This document shows positions 1-8,535 of a stretch of 64,000 nucleotides of DNA, in pieces (within the stretch, counting starts at the first letter, position 1; each line of letters opens with the position of its first letter). Source of the stretch: Candidatus Latescibacterota bacterium. Lineage in GTDB: Bacteria; Latescibacterota; UBA2968; GCA-2709665. Under the pieces are notes generated by a model. The model was not told the DNA's origin. It ran no database searches and was given only the letters and a program-made list of their open reading frames with translations. The position numbers and the translations under genes are program-made. The DNA is taken from positions 5,216,001 to 5,280,000 of the forward strand of contig CBDCOX010000002.1 of assembly GCA_965219995.1 (NCBI GenBank), in the 5' to 3' direction.

Positions 1-2080
1 GCCAGGTGTCGCGTCGCAGTGACACCGTTCTGCACGGTTCGTCGGCCACCACCGACGCCGGCTTGCCGTCTTGCGCCGCCCGGGGCCGAACCGCATCGCC
101 CGGTCCGCACTCCTCCAGCCGGTTTCCGGCCGCATCGCAGACCGTGGCGCGGCCGGCGACGAGCAGTCGGACACCGACACCCGACGACTCCGTCTCGGTG
201 AGGGACTCTCCCGTCCCATGGGTCCGCTCGTCCAGCCATGGCGCCAGTTCCGCCGTCAACTCCTCGAACGCGACCTGCCTGTCCAGGTAGCGCTCGAGCG
301 CGTCCGCGCTTCGCATCAGGAGCGACGGGCGGTGCTCGTCCTCGGACTCCGCCTCCGTACTCCAGGCCTCGATGACGAGATCCTCGGCACGCTCCAGCGC
401 GCGATCCTCGTTCGGTTCCAGCACCAGCTCTTCGAACACGGACGCGGGCACGTTGCGCGCCAGGCCGTCCCGCAACGCCTCCGACGACGCGCTGAGGACG
501 ACCCGCACGCCCGAGGCGGACGCGCTCTGCAGAAACCTGCCCAGGACGCTCACCGCGGAGAAGTCGAAACCCGACACGCCCTTCAGGTCCAGTATCAGGC
601 ACGTCGGCGCGGAGGCGTCCGCCAGGGACTGCTTCAGCCGGTCGGTCAGTGGCCACGCGCTGCCGAAGAAGAGGTATCCGCGCAGGCGATAACCGTGGAC
701 CCGCTCGCCCCGCTCCAGCAGGATCGCCCGTTCGGGCGGCGTCCGGACCCGTCTGCTCCTCCGTTCCAGGCCGGTGAACCGGCCCGCGACCGGGTCCACC
801 CGGGCGAGACGCAGCGCGAAGAACGCGAGCGTGGCGAGCATGCCGGTGGCCACGCCCTCGATGAGACCGAGGACGTTGATCACCACGACGATCAGCACCA
901 GGATGCCGTACTCCGGCCACGGCAGTCGCCGGTAGCTGCGCACCAGGCCTTCCTCGATCATCCCGATGCCCGCGAAGACCAGGATGCCCCCGATCAGCGA
1001 CACCGGCACCAGTTCCAGCGGGCCGTCGCCGAACACCAGCGCCGCACCGATGACGAGCGCGCAGACCACGCCCGTCACGCGCGTCGAAGCACCGAACAGC
1101 CGGCTCCGAAACGACGCCGGAACGATCATGCAAAGGAACGTGCCGCCCCCCAGGCCGGCGACCACGCTCCCCGCCCCGGCCGCGCGGAACTCCCTGTCCC
1201 AGTCGAGGTCTTCGCCCAGCGCCACTTCCAGGCCGGCCAGGCTCATCACGACGCAGATGAGCGCAACGAGCACGAGGACCAGAAGGTTCGCCAGTTGCCC
1301 GGAGAGCGCCGCCCAGTCGATCGAGGCAAGGTCCGCGGGGCCGATGGCCGGCCACAGCCTCCCCTCCGCCGTGCCCGTGAACAGGAGGCCCGCCTCCCTC
1401 GCCTCCGGCCCCGACATGCCGGACATCGCGATGGCCGCGTGGTAGCAGGCCACCGCCAGGACCACGCTCAGCGGCAGGATCAGCGGGTTCCTCCAGCGCT
1501 TCATCGCGAAGTACAGCCCCACGCCGAACAGCACCCCCGGCAGCCAGCGCGCGAGCACGGCAGGCTCGAAGAGGAGCGGCATCCGGCTCCAGTGCGGTTC
1601 GGCCCCCATCATCGACATCGCGGCCAGACACACCGCCGCTCCGATCCCGGCGACGAACCCGCCGGCCACGGGAAAGGGGATGAACCGCACCAGGTTGGCA
1701 AGGCCGAACCTCCCCACCAGGACGCAGAACGCCCCCGTGCCGGCCGCCCCGATCGCGAGCGCCGCCACGGTGGTGACGAAGCGGGCGTGCCCCTCGGCGT
1801 CCATCGTCGCGCCCACGTACGCCATCACGATCACGAGTGCCGGGGACAACCCCGCGATCGCGCCGCGGTAACCACCCGCCAACGCGACGATCAGGCACCC
1901 GGCGAAGCAGCCGAACAGCACAAGGCCGATGCCCTGGGAGGCATACGGCGCGAGGGGGCCCGAGAAGATCAGCGTGGCGAACGCGACGTGCGACACGAGC
2001 AGGCCGAGTCCCGAGGTCGCTCCGACCGACAGGGCCGGTACCATCGTCGCCCAGCGGAAGTCCTCCCGGAGGTAGCCCAT
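1..2080 (-). CDS. SulP-family anion transporter with STAS and probable cyclic-nucleotide-binding domain (3' end runs off the window)
   Basis: Not in the ORF track because it has no stop inside the window. Manual translation from ATG 2080: MGYLREDFRWATMVPALSVGATSGLGLLVSHVAFATLIFSGPLA..., many TM helices, then STAS-like YRLRGYLFFGSA...LILDLKGVSGFDFSA. Start uncertain. Confidence 0.8.
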   Translation of the reverse strand, partial: MGYLREDFRWATMVPALSVGATSGLGLLVSHVAFATLIFSGPLAPYASQGIGLVLFGCFAGCLIVALAGGYRGAIAGLSPALVIVMAYVGATMDAEGHARFVTTVAALAIGAAGTGAFCVLVGRFGLANLVRFIPFPVAGGFVAGIGAAVCLAAMSMMGAEPHWSRMPLLFEPAVLARWLPGVLFGVGLYFAMKRWRNPLILPLSVVLAVACYHAAIAMSGMSGPEAREAGLLFTGTAEGRLWPAIGPADLASIDWAALSGQLANLLVLVLVALICVVMSLAGLEVALGEDLDWDREFRAAGAGSVVAGLGGGTFLCMIVPASFRSRLFGASTRVTGVVCALVIGAALVFGDGPLELVPVSLIGGILVFAGIGMIEEGLVRSYRRLPWPEYGILVLIVVVINVLGLIEGVATGMLATLAFFALRLARVDPVAGRFTGLERRSRRVRTPPERAILLERGERVHGYRLRGYLFFGSAWPLTDRLKQSLADASAPTCLILDLKGVSGFDFSAVSVLGRFLQSASASGVRVVLSASSEALRDGLARNVPASVFEELVLEPNEDRALERAEDLVIEAWSTEAESEDEHRPSLLMRSADALERYLDRQVAFEELTAELAPWLDERTHGTGESLTETESSGVGVRLLVAGRATVCDAAGNRLEECGPGDAVRPRAAQDGKPASVVADEPCRTVSLRRDTW

Positions 2081-2152
2081 CAGGCCGCCGATCGTCGCGC
2101 GCCCATCGCGACGCGGATCCGGGGACGGGCCCCTTCCGGCCAGAGCGGCGCC

Positions 2153-2632
2153 TCAGCGCGAGCCATGGCCGCCCGCGCCGGCTCCGTATCGCCCGGCGAT
2201 CAGCGCGCGGGCACGCAGCGGGTCCGCGAGGACGCGCCGGCGGGCGGCGCCGACTTCCCGTGCGTCCAGTGGGCGAAACCCCGCCGGCAAGGTGGCCGCG
2301 CTGAACTCGCGCAGCATCCAGTTCAACACGCGGGCAAGATCCTCGTCGTCGAGCGGCGCCTGGGCCGCCTCGGGTACGCGTGCGACATAGTCGCGGCCCT
2401 CGGGCGTGCCGACGATCTCTCCGATGGGGCCACTGAGCGACGGTACCTCCGGAGGCGCCCCGGCGCCGTCCGACCGATGACAGCCGGAGCAGTGCAACAG
2501 GTAGTCCACGCGGGCGGCGCCGTCGGTCGCCGTTCCGCCCGCGCCCGCCGCGTTCGCGGTCCCGGCCAGCATCGCCGCGAGCGCCAAGGGCACGATGCCC
2601 CAGCAACACCGGGGCGTGGGCACGACGGTCAT
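2153..2632 (-). CDS. Monoheme cytochrome c, probable electron acceptor of the amine dehydrogenase
   Basis: Signal peptide, then DYLLHCSGCH (CxxCH). ATG overlaps the mauA stop (ATGA). Confidence 0.85.
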   Translation of the reverse strand: MTVVPTPRCCWGIVPLALAAMLAGTANAAGAGGTATDGAARVDYLLHCSGCHRSDGAGAPPEVPSLSGPIGEIVGTPEGRDYVARVPEAAQAPLDDEDLARVLNWMLREFSAATLPAGFRPLDAREVGAARRRVLADPLRARALIAGRYGAGAGGHGSR

Positions 2633-3246
2633 CCCGCCGCTTCCGTCTCCGTGGGCGCGTCCTCGGTGACCTCGCCGATCACGGCCGCGACGGTGCAGTG
2701 GTAGGCGTGGCTCTCGACGCCGAAGCACCACAGGATGTTGTTGCTCTTGCTCGCGAAGTAGACGGGTTTCGCGCCCTCGGAACGATGGCAGAAGCACCGG
2801 GGGCAGACCGCCTTGCCGCAGCAGTCGTTGTAGGAGATGAGGTACTGCCGGTCGTCGACCGGGTTGCGGCACGTGCCCACCCAGGTGATCGGCGAAGGCT
2901 CGGCGCCCGGCGGGCAGGTGCTCTCGCTGCCGCCGCAGCAGGCGCAGAGGGCGCCCCCGAGGCCGCAGTAGCGCCAGTAGTCGCAGCTCTGCGGGTCGCC
3001 GAACTCCGCAAGGCCCGCCATCTCCGGCGCGTCGCCCCGCGGCAGCGGCGCGTCGTCCGCCTCCTCCGCCCCGAACGCCCGTTCGACGGGGAGGAGCGGC
3101 AGCGCTCCCGCGCCGGCGAGGACGCCTCCCATGCGTCCAAGGAAGCCGCGGCGCGAGGTGCGCTCCGCGAGTCCGGTCGCGGTGCGCCGGGTCACTGAGT
3201 CGAACCAGCGCGCAACCTTGGTACTGCGAGCGTCCACGTCGTTCAT
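2629..3246 (-). CDS. mauA: TTQ amine dehydrogenase small (light) subunit, MauA/AauA family
   Basis: Tat motif SRRGFL; CDYWRYC, ITWVGTC (Trp57 equivalent), YNDCCG (Asp76 equivalent), ILWCFG (Trp108 equivalent); 14 Cys. C-terminal part of ORF 2629..4119. Confidence 0.93.
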   Translation of the reverse strand: MNDVDARSTKVARWFDSVTRRTATGLAERTSRRGFLGRMGGVLAGAGALPLLPVERAFGAEEADDAPLPRGDAPEMAGLAEFGDPQSCDYWRYCGLGGALCACCGGSESTCPPGAEPSPITWVGTCRNPVDDRQYLISYNDCCGKAVCPRCFCHRSEGAKPVYFASKSNNILWCFGVESHAYHCTVAAVIGEVTEDAPTETEAAG

Positions 3247-3908
3247 CCTGTCTCCTCCCTGCGGGGGAAAGGCTCCGTCGCCGCCGGGTCGTAACGGGCG
3301 ACGCCGTCCGTCCCCTCCACCGCCTCCGTTCCGAGCACATAGTCCTGCAGCGTGGCGACACCCTTGCGCCAGGACTCCAGCAGGCTCTCCAGGTGCTCGC
3401 GCGTGTTGACCAGTCCGCGTCCCCGCAGCACCCCGTCCTCGCCGATCAGCACTGCGAACGGCAGCCGGCTCACGCCGTAGCGCATGCCAAGCGCCTGGGA
3501 CAGCACGTACGGGAACCGCGCGATCCCGACGTCCCCGGCGAAGGCGCGATGCCGCTCCGGGTCGAAGCCGTCGCTCGCGAACACGAGTTGCAGCCCCTCC
3601 GCGGACGCCAGCGACTTCGCCGCCGGCAGCAGCGACTTGCACACCGGGCACGTGGGCGACACGAAGAGCAGCAGGGTGTTCGCGTCCTGCGCGGCGCCGC
3701 CGATGCCGACCCGCCTGCCGGCCAGGTCCTCGGCCTCCACCGTCTCCGTCAACTCGCCGACCTTCGGCCCGCGCGTCGGCATCAGGGCGCCGGCGGGGGC
3801 GACCCGCTGGTGCAGCACCCCCACCTGCCGGGCCAGGGCCAGCACCGCGAGGGTGAGCACGCCCACCACCACCCAGAGCAGCACGTCGAGGACGAGGGCG
3901 CCGCTCAC
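3243..3908 (-). CDS. mauD: Amine dehydrogenase accessory protein MauD (thioredoxin-like)
   Basis: N-terminal TM helix, ARQVGVLHQRVAPAGAL, SPTCPVCK, GLVNTREHLESL. GTG overlaps the mauE stop. Confidence 0.92.
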   Translation of the reverse strand: MSGALVLDVLLWVVVGVLTLAVLALARQVGVLHQRVAPAGALMPTRGPKVGELTETVEAEDLAGRRVGIGGAAQDANTLLLFVSPTCPVCKSLLPAAKSLASAEGLQLVFASDGFDPERHRAFAGDVGIARFPYVLSQALGMRYGVSRLPFAVLIGEDGVLRGRGLVNTREHLESLLESWRKGVATLQDYVLGTEAVEGTDGVARYDPAATEPFPRREETG

Positions 3909-4447
3909 GAAGGGTCCTCCGCCCACGGCCGCATCGCCGCGGCGTTGGCCACCAGCGCGCCGGTGGCGAGATAGAGGCAAGCGCCCGCCGCGAACACCGG
4001 CAGGGCCATCGCGAGATCTCCCCAAGCAGGATTGCCGGCGCCGCCGAGGGAGAGCGGAACGAGCGCCAACGTCGCAAGCGCCGCGTTGCGCCCGACGAGG
4101 ATCCAGGAGAGCTGTTCACCGCCGCCGCAGCCGCAGTCTATCCACGAGCGTCCGCGCGCCAGGTTCGCCGTGATCGCCCCCCCGTAGCCGATCATCAAAG
4201 CGGCCGTCGCGACGCACGCGAGCAGCGCCGCGTCGTCGCGCCACGGAGCGACGATCCACGCCGCGGCCAAGCCCGCCTCCACCAAGGGAACCACCGCCAC
4301 GGCCGGCCGTACGAGCGATCCGGGCAACAGCCGGTAGTCCGCCAGGATCGCCTCGAACCCCGCCGCATCGCGGAATTTGCCCCACGCGGCAGACCCGACG
4401 AGTACGGCGAAGCCCCCCGCGGCGGCCAACATGGGAGAGTGCTCCAC
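3905..4447 (-). CDS. mauE: Methylamine utilisation membrane protein MauE
   Basis: AAWGKFRD...ADYRLLP, IDCGCGG, RNAAL; hydrophobic; lies between mauB and mauD. Start is GTG 4447 or ATG 4432. Confidence 0.88.
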   Translation of the reverse strand: MEHSPMLAAAGGFAVLVGSAAWGKFRDAAGFEAILADYRLLPGSLVRPAVAVVPLVEAGLAAAWIVAPWRDDAALLACVATAALMIGYGGAITANLARGRSWIDCGCGGGEQLSWILVGRNAALATLALVPLSLGGAGNPAWGDLAMALPVFAAGACLYLATGALVANAAAMRPWAEDPS

Positions 4448-4454
4448 GGCCCCC

Positions 4455-5594
4455 TCAATAGGCCAGCAGTCGGCCGCCGCCACCGGTGTCGACGACGTGC
4501 CGCCGTTTTCCCGTGCGGAGTTCGAATACCTGCACGCCCGCACCGATCGACGCCACCAGCAGCGGTTCGCCGCCGTCGACCACGAGCAGCGCGGAAGCCG
4601 GATCCTCGAAGGCGATCTTGCCGATGCGGCGCTTGGCCGCGCGGTGGTAGACCCAGGCTTCCGGACCCGCATCGTCCTGCGTGTCCGCGCCGCCCTGGTG
4701 CATGAGCGTCACGAGCAGGTCGAGCCCCGGATGGAAAGCCGAGGGCTGATCGCCGCCCGGCCTCCAGCCCGCGTCGTCTTCCCCGAGCAGCGACCACGAC
4801 TCCCCGAGGACGATCTCGCCGTCCCGCACGACGACCTCCCTGGTGCCGCCCCCGAAGGTCATGAGCTGCCAGCCGTCACCGGTCCGCACCGGATGGTCGA
4901 ACACCGGATCCTCTTCCACCGAGAAGAACGGCTCCGTACGCACGCGGACCGCTTCCGCGCCGTTCTCGTCGAGACCGATCCACTGCAGCGTGCCGTCGCC
5001 GCAGAGCATCAGGAAGCCGCGCTCGCCGGCGGGCAGGGTGGTCGCGCAACCGGGGGTCGAGATCTCCGCAACGAAGCGCCGGTTCTCCACGTCCACCACC
5101 GAGACCGACTGCGCCGGGGTCATGTTGAAGACCGTCACGTACCGGCCACCGGAGAGCAGGCCGAGGTAATGCGGGTGCAGCGCCGTCATCTTGGGCGGGA
5201 TGACGACTTCGGCCGTCGCGTTGAGCGTGCTGTGGGCGTAGACGCGCAACACGTCCGTGCGTTCGCCGCCGTAGCGCCGCGTGTAGTGCGTCTCCGCCGC
5301 GTAGATCTCGCCCCGGCCCGCGTGGCGCCGCACCGTCGGCGTCCAGGGCGTGAGCGAGAGGGTCCCGCGCATCTCGCCGTCGGCGGCATCGAACACGAAC
5401 GCGGCGCCCAGGGCGCTCTTGACGACGAACCACGTCGGGGCGGGCGGGCCGAGTTCCGTTGCGGCGACCGGAGACGGCGTGACGCCGGCACCGAAGGCCG
5501 CGACGCTCAGGAGGACGGCGAGCCCGTAGCGCAGGCGCCGAACGTAGTGCCCGAGAGTCTCGCAACACGTCCGGTAGACCGGCAGCCAGCGCAT
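4455..5594 (-). CDS. mauB: TTQ amine dehydrogenase large (heavy) beta-propeller subunit
   Basis: Signal peptide; YAAETHYTR...GERTDV, VFNMTPAQSVSVVD, EISTPGC, MLCGDG, FFSVEEDPVF. GAGGAG lies upstream of ATG 5594. Confidence 0.88.
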   Translation of the reverse strand: MRWLPVYRTCCETLGHYVRRLRYGLAVLLSVAAFGAGVTPSPVAATELGPPAPTWFVVKSALGAAFVFDAADGEMRGTLSLTPWTPTVRRHAGRGEIYAAETHYTRRYGGERTDVLRVYAHSTLNATAEVVIPPKMTALHPHYLGLLSGGRYVTVFNMTPAQSVSVVDVENRRFVAEISTPGCATTLPAGERGFLMLCGDGTLQWIGLDENGAEAVRVRTEPFFSVEEDPVFDHPVRTGDGWQLMTFGGGTREVVVRDGEIVLGESWSLLGEDDAGWRPGGDQPSAFHPGLDLLVTLMHQGGADTQDDAGPEAWVYHRAAKRRIGKIAFEDPASALLVVDGGEPLLVASIGAGVQVFELRTGKRRHVVDTGGGGRLLAY

Positions 5595-5708
5595 CGCACG
5601 CTCCTCGACGAAGGCAACGGCTGGCAGTCTGTCGAATCCCGCAGCGGTCGGCAAGGGCGGCGGTGCGCGTGGTAGCCTCGAACGGCCAAGGGCGACGGTG
5701 TGTTTCCC

Positions 5709-7022
5709 ATGAGTCCGGCGCAGGAAATGGTCGTGCAAGACGTGCGCTGCTTTCAGGGCCTGCAGCGGGGCCGCCTGCGCCCCATCACACTACTCGTGGG
5801 CGAGAACAGCACCGGGAAGTCCACGTTCCTCGCCTGCTATCGGATCCAAGCGGCGACGCTCTCCCACACCGGGCCTGGGTTGGCGCAACCAGACTTCAAC
5901 GAAGAGCCGTTCAGGATGGGTTCCTTCAGGGACATCGTCCGATCTCGGCGGGGCCCACAAGGCCGCATCGACGAGTACCGACTCGGCATCGCATTCGAAT
6001 CCAACCACGCGAAGGGGCGCATCCTGGAGTTGCACACCACGTTCGCGGAGCAGGGCGCCCAGCCAACGACCTCCTCCATCCGATGGAACTTCGGGGCCGG
6101 GGAGTTCCTGGAAGCGCGGCGTGGCAATGATGGGCAAATCATCTGGCGCATACCCGGCTACGAGCTCCCGGGGCCGCTCCCTTTCGACCTCGTGAGCGTC
6201 CCAACCGCATTGGCTTCCCTCACTCCCCACGACAGGGAGACAGACCGTATCGTTGCCTATATCGAGTCTCGATTCGGGCGGTCGAAAGAGGAACGCTGGT
6301 CGTTCTCCGATGCAATGTCCCCAAGGCTGCAGGATGTGGTCCCGATCGCGCCGCTGCGGTCCGAGCCGAGACGTACGTACGACCCCGTGCGCGAGACGGC
6401 TTCGTCCGACGGGGGGCACGTCCCCATGTTGATGATGCGCCTCGACCGAACCGACAAGCCTCGCTGGAACGCGTTGCACGACGATCTTGTCGCCTTCGGC
6501 CGCGAGTCAGGCCTGTTCTCGGACTTGCGGGTCAAACGACACGGCAGGCAGATGAGCGATCCCTTCCAGTTGCGCGTGAAGGTGCGCACGGGCCCAAGCG
6601 CGAACATCATGGACGTCGGCTACGGCGTGAGCCAGAGCCTGCCCATACTGGTGGACATCATGGCGCCGGCGCAGAGCCTCCCGGGTCCTCGCACCTTCCT
6701 GCTCCAGCAACCGGAGGTGCACCTGCATCCGCGCGGCCAGGCCGAACTCGCAAGTCTCTTCGTCCAATCGTTCAAGAAACGCCGCCACCAGTTCCTTGTC
6801 GAGACGCACAGCGACTACATCGTCGACCGCGTCCGCATATGCGTCAGGAAGAAGCTCCTGCGCCCGGACGACGTATCGATTCTCTATTTCGAGCCGCGCG
6901 GCAACGCCGTGACCATTCACAACATGACGCTCGACAAGCACGGCAACCTGAACGACGCGCCGCCAGGCTACCGGGATTTCTTCGCCAAGGAGACGGACCG
7001 GCTGCTCGGTTTCGCCGATTGA
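5709..7022 (+). CDS. ABC/AAA_21-type ATPase with DUF3696-like C-terminus (putative defence ATPase)
   Basis: Walker A GENSTGKS, signature-like VGYGVSQ, QQPEVHLHP, H-loop ETHSD, C-terminal LDKHGNL..PPGYRDFF. Confidence 0.82.
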   Translation: MSPAQEMVVQDVRCFQGLQRGRLRPITLLVGENSTGKSTFLACYRIQAATLSHTGPGLAQPDFNEEPFRMGSFRDIVRSRRGPQGRIDEYRLGIAFESNHAKGRILELHTTFAEQGAQPTTSSIRWNFGAGEFLEARRGNDGQIIWRIPGYELPGPLPFDLVSVPTALASLTPHDRETDRIVAYIESRFGRSKEERWSFSDAMSPRLQDVVPIAPLRSEPRRTYDPVRETASSDGGHVPMLMMRLDRTDKPRWNALHDDLVAFGRESGLFSDLRVKRHGRQMSDPFQLRVKVRTGPSANIMDVGYGVSQSLPILVDIMAPAQSLPGPRTFLLQQPEVHLHPRGQAELASLFVQSFKKRRHQFLVETHSDYIVDRVRICVRKKLLRPDDVSILYFEPRGNAVTIHNMTLDKHGNLNDAPPGYRDFFAKETDRLLGFAD

Positions 7023-7031
7023 GGATGGGTC

Positions 7032-7496
7032 GTGTGCATGATCGTTGACGCCAACATGTTGGCTGAGTTCCTGGGCGATCCGATCAAGTACGACGCTGCG
7101 CCCATCCACGACTGGCTCGATCGAAGACGGGGGTCATTGGTCTACTCGACGGGGGGTCAGTACGGCGCGGAGCTCAGTCGGTCCCCGAATCTGAAGAGGA
7201 AGCTGGAGGACTACGCCCGACGGGGCCGAGCAAGAGTCATCCCCGCCGAGGAACTCGCAAACGACGAGCGTGAGTTGGCACGAAGCGCCGATCTTCGATC
7301 GGATGATCCGCACGTACTGGCGCTCGCACGAACAAGCGGCGCCCGCCTCCTCTACACTGCAGACAAAGAACTCATCGCGGACTTCAAGAACAAGGCCCTC
7401 ATCGACAAGCCACGCGGCAAGGTCTACTCCGGCGTCTCCAACAGACGCCTGCTCACGCGAACCGTCTGCCAACCATCGACCCCAACGAGGAACTGA
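7032..7496 (+). CDS. PIN-domain protein (putative ribonuclease)
   Basis: IVDAN..., DDPHVLALA, LYTADKEL acidic PIN pattern; 9 nt after the ATPase stop. Confidence 0.75.
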   Translation: MCMIVDANMLAEFLGDPIKYDAAPIHDWLDRRRGSLVYSTGGQYGAELSRSPNLKRKLEDYARRGRARVIPAEELANDERELARSADLRSDDPHVLALARTSGARLLYTADKELIADFKNKALIDKPRGKVYSGVSNRRLLTRTVCQPSTPTRN

Positions 7497-7497
7497 C

Positions 7498-8517
7498 ATG
7501 CGTACGGTACGAATGCTGGGCAACTGCGGTGTGGACGTGATCGACCTGCCGGACCCCGAGCCGGCGGAGCGCGACGAGGTGGTGGTGGAGGTCATGTCCT
7601 CGCCCCTCTGCGGGTCCGAGCGCCACGCCTGGGACGGCGGCAGGCGCATGGGCGCGAACAACGTCTTCAACAGCGGCCACGAGGGCTCCGGCGTCGTCGC
7701 GAAGGCGCGCGGCTCGAAGTACGTCAAGGAGGGCGACCGGGTCGCGCTGCACGCCGCCGCCCCCTGCGGGAGTTGCCGCTACTGCCTCGCCGGACACTGG
7801 GTCCTCTGCGACCGTCCTCCCGGCCGCCGCTTCCCCGGCAATCACTCCCAGTACGTGCTCGTCAACGAGCGCAGTTGCCTGCCCCTCGCCGACGACATCT
7901 CCTTCGAGACCGGCGCCCTGTTCGGCGACGCGATCGGCACGCCCTTTCGGGCGATCAAGCGCCTGGGCGTCACCGGGTTCGACACCGTGCTGATCACGGG
8001 CCAGGGTCCGATCGGCCTCGCGGCGACCATGCTCTGCCGCTTCCTCAACGCCCGCACCATCGTGCTCGACGTCAACCCCTACCGGCTCGAACAGGGCCGC
8101 CAATGCGGCGCCGACGCGTGCCTGAACCCGGCCGAGGAGACCGACATCCACGCACGCATCGCCGAGATCGCTGGGCCCCGCGGCATCGACGTGGCGCTCG
8201 AGTGCTCCGCCGCCCCGGAGGCGCAGACCCGGTGCATGGACGTGCTGCGCAAGAGCGGGCGGATGGCGCTGATCGGCGTGAGCGACAAGGGTCCGACGAT
8301 CAACACGATGCAGCACTTCACGCTGAAGGAGATCGAGGTGATCGGCACCTGGTATTCCGCACCGACGGATCACGAGGAACTCGAGGCGCTCGTGCGGCGC
8401 GGCCTCCCGGCGGACGACATGGTCACCCACCGCTTCGGCATCGAGCAGGCCCCCGAGGCCTTCGACCTGTTCTTCGGCGGAGACGCCGCGAAGGTCGTCC
8501 TCGAACCCTGGGCCTGA
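7498..8517 (+). CDS. Zinc-dependent alcohol dehydrogenase (MDR family)
   Basis: CGSERH, GHE, CGSCRYC-x7-C, GQGPIG; ATG 7498. Confidence 0.9.
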   Translation: MRTVRMLGNCGVDVIDLPDPEPAERDEVVVEVMSSPLCGSERHAWDGGRRMGANNVFNSGHEGSGVVAKARGSKYVKEGDRVALHAAAPCGSCRYCLAGHWVLCDRPPGRRFPGNHSQYVLVNERSCLPLADDISFETGALFGDAIGTPFRAIKRLGVTGFDTVLITGQGPIGLAATMLCRFLNARTIVLDVNPYRLEQGRQCGADACLNPAEETDIHARIAEIAGPRGIDVALECSAAPEAQTRCMDVLRKSGRMALIGVSDKGPTINTMQHFTLKEIEVIGTWYSAPTDHEELEALVRRGLPADDMVTHRFGIEQAPEAFDLFFGGDAAKVVLEPWA

Positions 8518-8535
8518 GGATCCCGATCGCGCCGA

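Noticed and set aside
1-2080. SulP transporter as part of the amine dehydrogenase system
   Set aside because: Co-oriented and close, but the sequence gives no functional link; adjacency alone is insufficient.
71-2704. 877-aa plus-strand ORF and the many similar long Arg/Pro/Gly-rich ORFs (e.g. 50114..53257, 62373..63995)
   Set aside because: Antisense or off-frame shadows of real genes, expected at this GC content; no domain motifs.
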